A stretch of 29,425 nucleotides of DNA. Origin: a candidate division WOR-3 bacterium (lineage in GTDB: Bacteria > Hydrothermota > Hydrothermia > Hydrothermales > Hydrothermaceae). The position numbers and the translations under genes were made by a program. The stretch covers positions 1 through 29,425 of the forward strand of contig JBDRZD010000018.1 of NCBI GenBank assembly GCA_039803745.1, written 5' to 3'. Positions within the stretch are counted from its first letter, which is position 1. Each line of letters opens with the position of its first letter. Shown here one piece after another: positions 16,868 through 25,875 of the stretch. The notes below the pieces were generated by a model, which saw nothing but the letters and a program-made list of their open reading frames with translations, was not told the origin of the DNA and searched no databases.

Positions 16868-19800
16868 CGCAAAATCACCCTTTCTTCACCAATTATTTCT
16901 TTAATCTCATCAAATAAACGATAATCAGGATTTACATAAAAGCCCTTTGCTCTATAAATATAAATTCTGCCTTCTTCTTTTATCTCAAACCATAACTCTT
17001 TATCTCCTTTATATTTTGAAATTATCTCTTTCAATTTCTTAATATCTTCTTTTTCAATTTCATTTGTATTTATTACTATTACCATTTTTTTGAAACGATT
17101 TTTTATTATTTTATCCATATCTATTATTTCAACCGCCTTTATAATTCCTTTTTTTGAAGAATTTAAAGGTGAATACAAACCTTTTATATAATACACTTTC
17201 TCCTCTTTAAAATTATTTTTAAATTTTTCTAAAATTTCGCCAAATACATTAACTTTGAATGTGCCATAAAGATCTTCAAATTCCACCTGAAAGTATTCCA
17301 CTCCATTTTTTCCTTTCATAATTTTTATATCAGCAGGAAAACCGCATAAATTTATTTCCCTTGCTTCCTCAATGTAAACAAGGTCAGAAGAATTTGTTAT
17401 ATCCATAAATTTAATAAAAGGGAGATAAGGGGTAAGTGGATGGGCTCCGAAATAAAATCCAAATGCCTTTTTCTCCATTTCAAGTTTTTCAGTAGCTTTT
17501 ATTTCACTTTCCATTTTATATTGTGAATCACTATCTTCAAAAAGGGAAACTTTTATTTTGCCTTCTTCCCTTTCTATTTTTGAGAGCAATTTCTTTCTAT
17601 CAGGTTCTAAACTATCAAAAGCACCAGAATATATAAGGGCTTCAATAACTTTTTTATTACAGGACTTTGAACTCGTTCTATAAATAAAGTCTTCAAAGGA
17701 TTTAAACTTACCTTTTTCTCTTGCCTTTATAATCGCACTTATTGCTGCATCACCTACATTTTTTATCCCCCCGAGTCCAAAAAGAATTTTGTTATCCGAA
17801 ACTATTTTAAATTCCTTTTCACTTTCATTTATGTCAGGTTTAAGTATCTCAATTCCCATCCTTTTTGCTTCATTTACAAATTTTGCAAGTTCTTCGGATT
17901 TACCCATTTCACTTGAAAGGTTAACACACATAAATAAAAGTGGATAATGAGCTTTTAAAAAGGCTGTCTGATAAGAGATAAGAGCATAACTTGCTGCATG
18001 GGCTTTGTTGAATCCATAACCCGCAAAAGGTTTTATCACTTCAAATATATCTCTTGCAACATCTTCAGGAACGCCTTTCTTTTTTGCTCCTTCTATAAAA
18101 TCTTTTTCTTCTGCGAGCATTTTCTCTTTTTCTTTTTTACCCATTGCTCTTCTTAAAATATCAGCCTTACCCATTGAAAATCCAGCAATTTCGCTTGCTA
18201 TCTTCATCACCTGTTCCTGATAAAGAATAAGCCCATAAGTCTCTTTTAAAACATTCTCAAGAAGAGGGTGAGGATAAGTAATTGGAATAACCCCATGTTT
18301 TCTTGCTACAAATTCATTTATATTTACAGAGCCAAGAGGACCGGGTCTATACAGGGCAATAATAGCAATTAAATCTTCAAATTTTTCTGGTTTTGCCTTT
18401 CTCAAAATTTCCCTCATCCCCTGTGATTCAAGTTGAAAAACACCTATTGTTTCCCCTTTTTGTAAAAGTTCATAAGTCTTTTTATCATTAAGGGGGATTT
18501 TTTCAATACTGAAATCAGGTGTTTTCATTTTTATCATATCTTCCACCTTGCGTATAACTGTTAGTGTTTTAAGGCCAAGGAAATCCATTTTTATAAGTCC
18601 AACAGATTCAAGAGCCTCCATTTCATACTGGGTACATACTGTATCATCTGGATGCTTGTAAAGGGGAACAAATTCTGTAAGGTCAGAAGGAGCGATCACG
18701 ATACCACCTGCGTGGACCGATGCATGCCTTGCATGTCCCTCTATTCTTTTTGCGTATTCAAAAAGTTTTTTATAAATCTCCTTTGAATCTATTAAACTTT
18801 TAAAAGCTGGATTGAACTCATAGGTTTCTTCAAGAGTATTATAATCTACAAGTTTTGCAATCTCATCTGCTTCTGAATAGGGAAGACCCATTACTCTTGC
18901 CACATCCCTTATTGCAGCCTTTGCTTTCATCCTGCCAAACGTTATTATCTGGGAAACACAATTTTCTCCATATTTTTTTCTCACATATTTTATTATTTCA
19001 TCCCTTCTTTCATCTTCAAAATCTATATCAACATCAGGTGGAGAAATTCTTTCCGGATTTAAAAATCTTTCAAAATAAAGTCCATATTTTAATGGGTCAA
19101 TATTTGTGACAGAAAGAGCGTAAAGAACAAGAGAACTTACAGATGAACCCCTTCCAGGGCCCACTTTTATTCCATTTCTTTTTGCAGTATCAACAATATC
19201 TTTAATTATTAAAAAATAACCCTCGTATCCCATTTTCCCTATTATTTCAAGTTCATAGGAGAGTCTCTCTTTATATTTTAAAGGGACTTCCTTTTTAAAC
19301 TTTTCTTCAAGCCCTTTAGTAGATAAATATTTAAGATATTCGTAACCTGACTTAAATCCTTGCGGGATATCAAATTTTGGAAGATAGAGTTTTGAGTCAA
19401 TTTCAATAACTAAATTACACCTTTCTGCGATTTCAAGAGTATTTTTTATTGCCTCTTTTAAATAGGAAAACCTTTCTTCCATTTCCTCTTTTCTTTTGAA
19501 ATAAACTTCTTGGGTTTCAAATTTCAATCTCACCTTGTCTTTTAAAGTCTTGTTTGTTTGTATTGCAAGAAGTATTTCATGTAATTCATAATCTTTTTTA
19601 TCGAGAAAATGAACATCATTTGTTGCAACGAGTTTTAAATCGTAATTTTTTGAAAATTCTAATAAAACCTTATTAACTTCAATATTTTCTTTCAAATCCA
19701 CATCCATTAGTTCAAGATAAACATTTTCTTTTCCAAAAATCTCAATATATTTCTTCAAAATCTTCTCTGCTTCTTCCTTCTTTCCAGATATTATTAGAGA

Positions 19801-20229
19801 AGGTATATGGCTCTTTAAACAACCGGTTAAAAGTATAAGACCATCCGAATATTTTTCAAGGAGTTCAAAGTCAATTCTTGGTTTATAATAAAAACCTTCA
19901 ATATAGGCCAAAGATGAAAGTTTTAAAAGATTTTTATATCCTTTAGAATTTTGAGCAAGGAGAAGAATATGATAATTGGAACCTGAGATGCCTCCCCCCT
20001 TTTCAAATCTGCTATTTGGAGCCATATAAAGTTCTATTCCTATTATTGGCTTTATCCCATTCTGAATTGCATATTTATAAAATTCTATTGCACCGAATAG
20101 GGCTCCATGATCTGTGAGTGCTACAGCAGGCATTCCGTATTCTTTTGCCTTATCCACTATATCCTTTATTTTTGGAACACCATCTAAAAGACTATATTCT
20201 GAATGAACATGTAAATGAACAAAACTCAT
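16864..20229 (-). CDS. dnaE: DNA polymerase III alpha subunit
   Basis: PHP domain HLHVHSEYSLLDG/TDHG, GPGRGS, PDVDID catalytic motif, KMDFLGL and GYGFNKAH. No intein is apparent. Confidence 0.98.
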   Translation of the reverse strand: MSFVHLHVHSEYSLLDGVPKIKDIVDKAKEYGMPAVALTDHGALFGAIEFYKYAIQNGIKPIIGIELYMAPNSRFEKGGGISGSNYHILLLAQNSKGYKNLLKLSSLAYIEGFYYKPRIDFELLEKYSDGLILLTGCLKSHIPSLIISGKKEEAEKILKKYIEIFGKENVYLELMDVDLKENIEVNKVLLEFSKNYDLKLVATNDVHFLDKKDYELHEILLAIQTNKTLKDKVRLKFETQEVYFKRKEEMEERFSYLKEAIKNTLEIAERCNLVIEIDSKLYLPKFDIPQGFKSGYEYLKYLSTKGLEEKFKKEVPLKYKERLSYELEIIGKMGYEGYFLIIKDIVDTAKRNGIKVGPGRGSSVSSLVLYALSVTNIDPLKYGLYFERFLNPERISPPDVDIDFEDERRDEIIKYVRKKYGENCVSQIITFGRMKAKAAIRDVARVMGLPYSEADEIAKLVDYNTLEETYEFNPAFKSLIDSKEIYKKLFEYAKRIEGHARHASVHAGGIVIAPSDLTEFVPLYKHPDDTVCTQYEMEALESVGLIKMDFLGLKTLTVIRKVEDMIKMKTPDFSIEKIPLNDKKTYELLQKGETIGVFQLESQGMREILRKAKPEKFEDLIAIIALYRPGPLGSVNINEFVARKHGVIPITYPHPLLENVLKETYGLILYQEQVMKIASEIAGFSMGKADILRRAMGKKEKEKMLAEEKDFIEGAKKKGVPEDVARDIFEVIKPFAGYGFNKAHAASYALISYQTAFLKAHYPLLFMCVNLSSEMGKSEELAKFVNEAKRMGIEILKPDINESEKEFKIVSDNKILFGLGGIKNVGDAAISAIIKAREKGKFKSFEDFIYRTSSKSCNKKVIEALIYSGAFDSLEPDRKKLLSKIEREEGKIKVSLFEDSDSQYKMESEIKATEKLEMEKKAFGFYFGAHPLTPYLPFIKFMDITNSSDLVYIEEAREINLCGFPADIKIMKGKNGVEYFQVEFEDLYGTFKVNVFGEILEKFKNNFKEEKVYYIKGLYSPLNSSKKGIIKAVEIIDMDKIIKNRFKKMVIVINTNEIEKEDIKKLKEIISKYKGDKELWFEIKEEGRIYIYRAKGFYVNPDYRLFDEIKEIIGEERVILR

Positions 20230-20849
20230 TTCTTTGGTAATATTTTAACTCTCCTTCCCTCTATAATTAACCTTCCCTCTGCAAATAGTTGTATTGCCTC
20301 AGAATAAATTTTGTGCTCTTCCTTTAAAATTCTTTCTGCAAGTGTTTCAGGAGTATCATCTTCAAGAACAGGAACACATCTTTGAATTATGATGGGACCT
20401 GTATCCACTCCCTCATCTACAAAATGGACTGTGCATCCTGAAACCTTTACACCATATTCCCATGCCTGCTTCTGGGCATTTAAACCAGGGAAAGAAGGTA
20501 AGAGAGATGGATGAATATTCATTATTCTATGTGGAAAGGCAGACAGGAAAGTTTTTTTTAAAACTCTCATAAAACCAGCAAGACAGACAAGTTCAACTCC
20601 TTTTTCTTTTAATATCCTTACATACTCTTCTTCCCTATCAGGCGTCATATAAGTTTTTTTCTCACCCGGATATACATACATTGCTTCAACACCTAAATTT
20701 CTTGCCTTTTCAAGGGCAGGGGCATCAGGGTTATCAGATAATACTATTACAACCTCTGCATCTATCTTTCCCTCTTTTGAATTTCTTATTATAGCCTCCA
20801 TGTTCGAGCCCCTGCCCGAGACAAGTATTCCCAATTTTATTTTTCTCAT
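20226..20849 (-). CDS. purN: Phosphoribosylglycinamide formyltransferase
   Basis: SGRGSNM, LAGFMRVL, NIHPSLLPSFPG, GCTVHFVDEGVDTGPII and EH.IY. Confidence 0.97.
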   Translation of the reverse strand: MRKIKLGILVSGRGSNMEAIIRNSKEGKIDAEVVIVLSDNPDAPALEKARNLGVEAMYVYPGEKKTYMTPDREEEYVRILKEKGVELVCLAGFMRVLKKTFLSAFPHRIMNIHPSLLPSFPGLNAQKQAWEYGVKVSGCTVHFVDEGVDTGPIIIQRCVPVLEDDTPETLAERILKEEHKIYSEAIQLFAEGRLIIEGRRVKILPKK

Positions 20850-21805
20850 GGAACGCTTGTAAAAATTGGTGAAAGATCAACTTCTTGAAAAATCATTTCA
20901 TTATCTTTAAGCCATTTATAAAGTTTAATGACAGGTATGTCTTGAATTTGCTCCTTTTTTAAATATACAGGTAAATTCACATTTACAAATTCTTTATAAT
21001 TCATTACTTCTTTCTCATATTTCTCTAATAACCTTTCAATCTCTTCTTTATTTCCTGGATCATTGATAAAATCCACAGCCTTATCATATATTCTTTTAAA
21101 TCTTATTATTGCGTCCCTTTTTAAATATATTCCTGTCTGGGAAACAAAATAACCTGCATATGGATATGGTGAGACTATTTCGTTTAAAAATCCTTCTGAG
21201 AAAACTTGAATATTATTTGAGTCTTTTAAAAATGTTAATGAAGGTTCTATTAAATATGCCACATCCCATTCACCATAAGGGAAGAGCGTAGAATATTTCA
21301 ATACTTTTGCAGGGTTCACTTTAACTTTATTTAAAATCAGCCACTTTTCCAAAATTTCTGCATCCTTTCTCCATGAGGGGACTGCCATAATTTTATCATC
21401 AAGAAGTTTAAATGATAATTTCTTTTCTTTTGTCCTTATTACAAGTCCTGTTAAAGGAGAATTTTTATCTTCAATAACCATACCAATCAATCTCATCTTC
21501 TCAATATTTGATAACCCTTCAAAGAGGAAATTTATAAATGGGTAGCCGGCTAAAATTTCAAACTTCCCTTTTCTCAACTCTTCAACGGGGTCCTCTCTTG
21601 AAACAGTATACTCAATTAAAACTTTCACTTTGTTTTCCTCAAAATATCCTTTTTCTTTTGCGACAAATACTGGAAAACTTGCAAAATCAGGATAAGCAAT
21701 AATTTGCATCTCTTGAATCTGTTTTTCTTTAACCTGTGGGTAAATAATTATAAAAACTAAAATTGCAGAAAGGATTATGTTTAGAAAATATAACACATAC
21801 TTCAT
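20846..21805 (-). CDS. Membrane-anchored periplasmic substrate-binding protein (NitT/TauT/NMT1-like)
   Basis: N-terminal TM anchor, PVFVAKEKGYFEENKVKV family motif, IEP motif, and SD AGGAGG. Confidence 0.75.
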   Translation of the reverse strand: MKYVLYFLNIILSAILVFIIIYPQVKEKQIQEMQIIAYPDFASFPVFVAKEKGYFEENKVKVLIEYTVSREDPVEELRKGKFEILAGYPFINFLFEGLSNIEKMRLIGMVIEDKNSPLTGLVIRTKEKKLSFKLLDDKIMAVPSWRKDAEILEKWLILNKVKVNPAKVLKYSTLFPYGEWDVAYLIEPSLTFLKDSNNIQVFSEGFLNEIVSPYPYAGYFVSQTGIYLKRDAIIRFKRIYDKAVDFINDPGNKEEIERLLEKYEKEVMNYKEFVNVNLPVYLKKEQIQDIPVIKLYKWLKDNEMIFQEVDLSPIFTSVP

Positions 21806-21829
21806 TTTTCCTCCTTTTAAACAAATTTA

Positions 21830-21859
21830 ATTATAATATTTAATGTGTATTTAAATCAA
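21830..21859 (-). promoter_or_regulatory. Candidate sigma70 promoter for the SBP-purN-dnaE-lpxB run
   Basis: TTGATT (21859-21854), N18, TATAAT (21835-21830), upstream of the SD and the ATG at 21805. Confidence 0.55.
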
Positions 21860-22561
21860 TCTTATGAATATCTCTTCCAGTTTTTTTGTTTTATAAATTT
21901 TATAAAGAACTTCCTTATCCTCTTCAAGAATAATTTTTCCATTCTTTAAAAAAATTATTCTATCTCCCATTTCATCTGCAAATTCAAGAGAATGGGTGGC
22001 AATTAAAATCCCTTTTTTATTTTCTTTTAAATCCTTTAAGTAATTTTTAAAATTGTATACTGCTTTTGGATCAAGACTTACAAGTGGTTCATCAATTAAA
22101 ATAATTTCAGGTTCATGTATTAGAGATTGAACTATATTTATCTTTTGTTTCATACCCTGGGAATAATTCTTTGAGATTTCATTAATCCAATCTTCCATAT
22201 CAAAAATTTTTGAAAAATACTCAACTTTTCTTTTAACTTCCTCCTTTTTTATTCCATAAAGACTTGCTATAAAGAATATCTGCTCAATCCCTGAAAGATA
22301 GGGATAAACAAATGGTTCATCAGTAATGAATCCAATTTTCTTCTTGAAATTTTCATCCTTATTTATCTTTTGTCCATTAAAATATATTTCACCCTTATCT
22401 TCTTTCATTATTCCTGAGATTATCTTTAATGTTGTGGTTTTCCCTGAACCATTTGGTCCAACTAATATATGTATTTTGCCTTTTTCAATAAAGAAATTTA
22501 ATGGACCGAGTTTAAATTTCCCAAAATCTTTAAAAATATTTTTTAATTCAAGAACCTTCAC
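21851..22561 (-). CDS. ABC transporter ATP-binding protein (ABC-2 exporter type)
   Basis: Walker A GPNGSGKTT, signature YSQGMKQ, Walker B ILIDEP and H-loop ATH. GTG start. Confidence 0.93.
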   Translation of the reverse strand: MKVLELKNIFKDFGKFKLGPLNFFIEKGKIHILVGPNGSGKTTTLKIISGIMKEDKGEIYFNGQKINKDENFKKKIGFITDEPFVYPYLSGIEQIFFIASLYGIKKEEVKRKVEYFSKIFDMEDWINEISKNYSQGMKQKINIVQSLIHEPEIILIDEPLVSLDPKAVYNFKNYLKDLKENKKGILIATHSLEFADEMGDRIIFLKNGKIILEEDKEVLYKIYKTKKLEEIFIRLI

Positions 22562-24023
22562 TTACTTCAATAATCTCTATCTCAATCTTACCAACAATTC
22601 CTGCAACCTCTGCCTGTTTTTCTATTTCTCCCATTTTGAGCATTATATGTAAACAGGAGGCAGGGAATTCAAAATATGTTGGATCAACAAAAACCCATTT
22701 ATTCAAATATACTGCATTCCATGCATGATACCAGAAATAACCTTCCTGATATATAAGACCAACAACAATTTCTGAAGGAATCCCTATTGCCCTTAAAAGG
22801 GATGCGTAGAGGATTGAATGTTCATTACAATCTCCCTTTTTATTATGTAAAACTTCAATTGCTGAGGGTATTGTTACAGATGCCTCTTTTGAAAGATAAC
22901 TGAACACTTTATGCATTAAATTTCTTGATTTCTCTGTATAATTTTCACCTCTTGCCCATTTTATTGCACTATCCCTTATTTCACTATTGTCTGACTGGAT
23001 AAAAAGGGTTGGTTTTAAATATCTCTTCAATTCTTCATTTATATTTAGATCTTTTATTTCCTCAAGATATGGTTTTTCAATCTCAATTATCGCATAATCA
23101 TCACCCTTTTCAATGATTTTCTGGTTGCCAAGTTCAAGGTCGAGTATAGAAGGGTCAATATTTGAAAGTTTATAAACAATTTTTTTTGCATTCAAAGAAA
23201 TTTTTTTTCCTTTTGGTTTCACAGCATATTTAAATAAAATATCAATTGGTTTTTCAGAAATCTTTATTGCTTCATTTTTTTCTTCTTTTAAAAGAACCAT
23301 ATCAAAAGGTAATTCTTCCTTTATTATTTCATTATCCTTTAAATATATCCTTTGTTTTATTCCAGCAAATTCATATTCATAAACATCTGTTTCAATTTTT
23401 TTATTCTTATAATCTATTTTTTCCTTTCCTTTATGAAAGAGGATTGCATCAGCAACCTGTTTTACTGATGGATCAAACATTCTAAAACTTATCTTCTCAC
23501 CTTCTTTTATTTTCTTTTCCTTTAAAAATGCCTCAAGTGTTACGGGTAAAAAAGCAACTTCTCCAAGTTCTATTTCTTCAAATCTTTCTTTATAATAAAT
23601 TTTTAATTTTGTTCCAATTCTTTCACCCCTCAATTTCATCTCCTGGTCTGGAGAAAAAAGCAAAAAATCAAAACTCTCTAACCTGAAATCCTTATCGGTA
23701 TTTACAATTGTCTGTGCTGTTACCCTCTTTTTTTCACCAAGCATTATAGCCTGAATTATCATTCTCTGGTTTATTTCAAAACCAGAAGTTTTTTCTACTT
23801 CCCTTGTTTCAACATAACCTATTTTTTCGCCCCTTATATAAACACCCATCCAGTATTCTTTTACTTTTTTACCTTCTACAATTTCTTCTTCATAAGGAAG
23901 TTTTTCAATTTCCTCTTCTTTAATTATAAGTTTACCTTCCCTTTTCTGTATGAAAAATAAAATCAATAAAAGAAGTAAAAAGGAAATTCCTGAAATTATA
24001 TAAGTCAATCTTATTCTTACCAT
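22548..24023 (-). CDS. Membrane-anchored transglutaminase-like domain protein
   Basis: N-terminal TM. Cys-His-Asp triad motifs GDCNEHS, YHAWN and VDPT, plus LRAIGIPS. Confidence 0.88.
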   Translation of the reverse strand: MVRIRLTYIISGISFLLLLLILFFIQKREGKLIIKEEEIEKLPYEEEIVEGKKVKEYWMGVYIRGEKIGYVETREVEKTSGFEINQRMIIQAIMLGEKKRVTAQTIVNTDKDFRLESFDFLLFSPDQEMKLRGERIGTKLKIYYKERFEEIELGEVAFLPVTLEAFLKEKKIKEGEKISFRMFDPSVKQVADAILFHKGKEKIDYKNKKIETDVYEYEFAGIKQRIYLKDNEIIKEELPFDMVLLKEEKNEAIKISEKPIDILFKYAVKPKGKKISLNAKKIVYKLSNIDPSILDLELGNQKIIEKGDDYAIIEIEKPYLEEIKDLNINEELKRYLKPTLFIQSDNSEIRDSAIKWARGENYTEKSRNLMHKVFSYLSKEASVTIPSAIEVLHNKKGDCNEHSILYASLLRAIGIPSEIVVGLIYQEGYFWYHAWNAVYLNKWVFVDPTYFEFPASCLHIMLKMGEIEKQAEVAGIVGKIEIEIIEVSEGS

Positions 24024-24784
24024 TCCACTTTCCTTTTTTCAAGAAATGCTTCTATACCTTTTTTAGGTTCACCTGTTGAAAATAAAAGTCCGAAAACTTC
24101 TTTTTCATATTCAAATCCCTTTTCAAGGGAAAGTCCATAATATATTGCTCTTTTCGAATAACAAACTGCATTTGGACCTGCCTCTTTAATCTTATTTGCT
24201 ATTTCTTTTGCCTTTTCAAGATGTTTCCCTTCTTCAGTTAAGAAATCAACAAGCCCAATCTCATAAGCCTTTTCAGCATCTATAAATTCACCTGTAAAAA
24301 TTAAATACATTGCTTTTCCTTTTCCGATTAAATTTGCAAGTCTCTGGGTTCCTCCAAATCCAGGCAAAACACCAATTTTTACCTCTGGTTGCCCTATTTT
24401 TGCATTCTTAGATGCAACCCTTATATCGCAAGCAAGCATTATTTCGCATCCACCACCAAGGGCATAACCGTGAACTGCTGCAATGACAGGAACCCTTAAA
24501 TTTTCCAATTTTTTTAAAATTCTATGTCCTGTTTCAGAAAATTCCCTTGCCTCTTGTGGTGTATAATCCTTCATTTCCTTTATATCTGCACCTGCACAGA
24601 AATTTTCTCCATCGCCATTTATTATTAAGCACCTTATATCTTTTTCTTCATTTTCTATATGATAAAGAGCACATTCAATTTCAAGAAGCATATCTTTATT
24701 TAAAGCATTTACTTTTGGTCTTGATAATGTTAAAATACCTATTCCATCTTCCTTGGAAAGTTTTATATATTTAAATTCTTTCAT
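24017..24784 (-). CDS. Enoyl-CoA hydratase / crotonase family protein
   Basis: FCAGADI, ALGGGCE and GQPEVKIGVLPGFGGTQRL (both catalytic Glu present). SD AGGAGG. Confidence 0.95.
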   Translation of the reverse strand: MKEFKYIKLSKEDGIGILTLSRPKVNALNKDMLLEIECALYHIENEEKDIRCLIINGDGENFCAGADIKEMKDYTPQEAREFSETGHRILKKLENLRVPVIAAVHGYALGGGCEIMLACDIRVASKNAKIGQPEVKIGVLPGFGGTQRLANLIGKGKAMYLIFTGEFIDAEKAYEIGLVDFLTEEGKHLEKAKEIANKIKEAGPNAVCYSKRAIYYGLSLEKGFEYEKEVFGLLFSTGEPKKGIEAFLEKRKVEW

Positions 24785-24808
24785 ATCTCCTCCTTTTATA
24801 AGTCTTTA

Positions 24809-24838
24809 ATTTTAAAAATAATTAGTCAGGTAATTCAA
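24809..24838 (-). promoter_or_regulatory. Candidate sigma70 promoter of the crotonase operon
   Basis: TTGAAT (24838-24833), N18, TAAAAT (24814-24809). Confidence 0.5.
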
Positions 24839-24868
24839 TTGACTTATTTTTTTAATTCTTTGTATAAT
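24839..24868 (+). promoter_or_regulatory. Sigma70 promoter of the tRNA operon
   Basis: TTGACT (24839-24844), N18, TATAAT (24863-24868), 19 nt before tRNA-Thr. Confidence 0.8.
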
Positions 24869-24887
24869 AATAAACTTGAAAATTTAT

Positions 24888-24960
24888 GCCGGCGTAGCTC
24901 AGCTGGAAGAGCAGGTGATTTGTAATCACCAGGTCGGGGGTTCAAATCCCTCCGCCGGCT
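24888..24960 (+). tRNA. tRNA-Thr(UGU)
   Basis: Acceptor GCCGGCG/CGCCGGC, anticodon arm GGTGA-TT-TGT-AA-TCACC, T loop TTCAAAT. CCA not encoded. Confidence 0.97.
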
Positions 24961-24964
24961 TTTT

Positions 24965-25047
24965 GGAGGGGTACCCAAGTGGACAACGGGGGCAGACTGT
25001 AAATCTGCTGGCGAACGCCTTCGGGGGTTCGAATCCCTCCCCCTCCA
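24965..25047 (+). tRNA. tRNA-Tyr(GUA)
   Basis: Acceptor GGAGGGG/CCCCTCC plus discriminator A, anticodon arm GCAGA-CT-GTA-AA-TCTGC, long variable arm, T loop TTCGAAT. Confidence 0.97.
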
Positions 25048-25049
25048 TT

Positions 25050-25122
25050 GCGGGAGTAGCTCAATGGGAAGAGCACCGGCCTTCCAAGCCGGGGGTTGCG
25101 GGTTCGACTCCCGTCTCCCGCT
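25050..25122 (+). tRNA. tRNA-Gly(UCC)
   Basis: Acceptor GCGGGAG/CTCCCGC plus discriminator U, anticodon arm CCGGC-CT-TCC-AA-GCCGG, T loop TTCGACT. Confidence 0.97.
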
Positions 25123-25134
25123 TTAAAAAAGAGA

Positions 25135-25875
25135 ATGCTTGAGAAAGTAGTATTTAAGATTTCAAGAAATTTAACAGCAGGTTCTGAAGAACTCCTTTTT
25201 AATTTTTTGAAAGAGGTAAAAAAATTAAATGTTAAAGTTGAAAAGGAAGATATATTAAAATCTCTTCAAAAAATAATTGAAGCAAAACCACAGATGGCTG
25301 TTTTTTATAAAGCAATGGAAATATTTGCAAAAGAAAATGATGATGTAAAAAATGTAATAGATAAACTGATTTTTAAAATTGAAAGCGCTATACCAAAAAT
25401 TTCTGAAAACCTTTTAAAGATTTTACCAAAGGAATTAAAGATATTAACTCATTCAAATTCATCAACTGTTATAAGGACTTTAAGGTATATAAAAGATAAA
25501 GTAAATATTAAAGAAATAATATGTACTGATTCAGAGCCCGGTGGGGAAGGAAAAAAAACTGAAAAGGATTTAAAAAAATATGATTTCAATGTAAAAAGAA
25601 TCCCTGATACACATATAATAAGGGCACTTGAAGAGGTAAATGCAATATTTATAGGGGCAGATGCAATATATGAGGATGGATTTTATAATAAGGTTGGAAC
25701 AAAAATAATTCTTACACTTTCACAAAATTTTGGTGTGAAATCATACCTATTATGTTCTACCTTAAAGATTTCGAACAATTTAAAGCATCTTGTTCTTGAT
25801 GATTATTATTTTGAAAGCATTCCATTAAATTTAGTTGATTCAGTAGTTACAGAAGAGGGGATAAATTGGAAATAA
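25135..25875 (+). CDS. eIF-2B alpha/beta/delta family protein (related to ribose-1,5-bisphosphate and MTR-1-P isomerases)
   Basis: ILTHSNSSTV, DSEPGGEG, IPD, IGADAI, NKVGT and FESIP...VVTEEG. Start placed at ATG 25135 because the longer ORF overlaps tRNA-Gly. Confidence 0.85.
   Translation: MLEKVVFKISRNLTAGSEELLFNFLKEVKKLNVKVEKEDILKSLQKIIEAKPQMAVFYKAMEIFAKENDDVKNVIDKLIFKIESAIPKISENLLKILPKELKILTHSNSSTVIRTLRYIKDKVNIKEIICTDSEPGGEGKKTEKDLKKYDFNVKRIPDTHIIRALEEVNAIFIGADAIYEDGFYNKVGTKIILTLSQNFGVKSYLLCSTLKISNNLKHLVLDDYYFESIPLNLVDSVVTEEGINWK

Noticed and set aside
16864..20229. Possible intein or split in dnaE
   Set aside because: The length (1121 aa) and motif spacing are normal, with no intein-like insertion.
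24876..25142. 88-aa ORF, and the N-terminal extension of ORF 25096..25875
   Set aside because: Both are read-throughs of the GC-rich tRNA genes; the cloverleaf structures explain the sequence.
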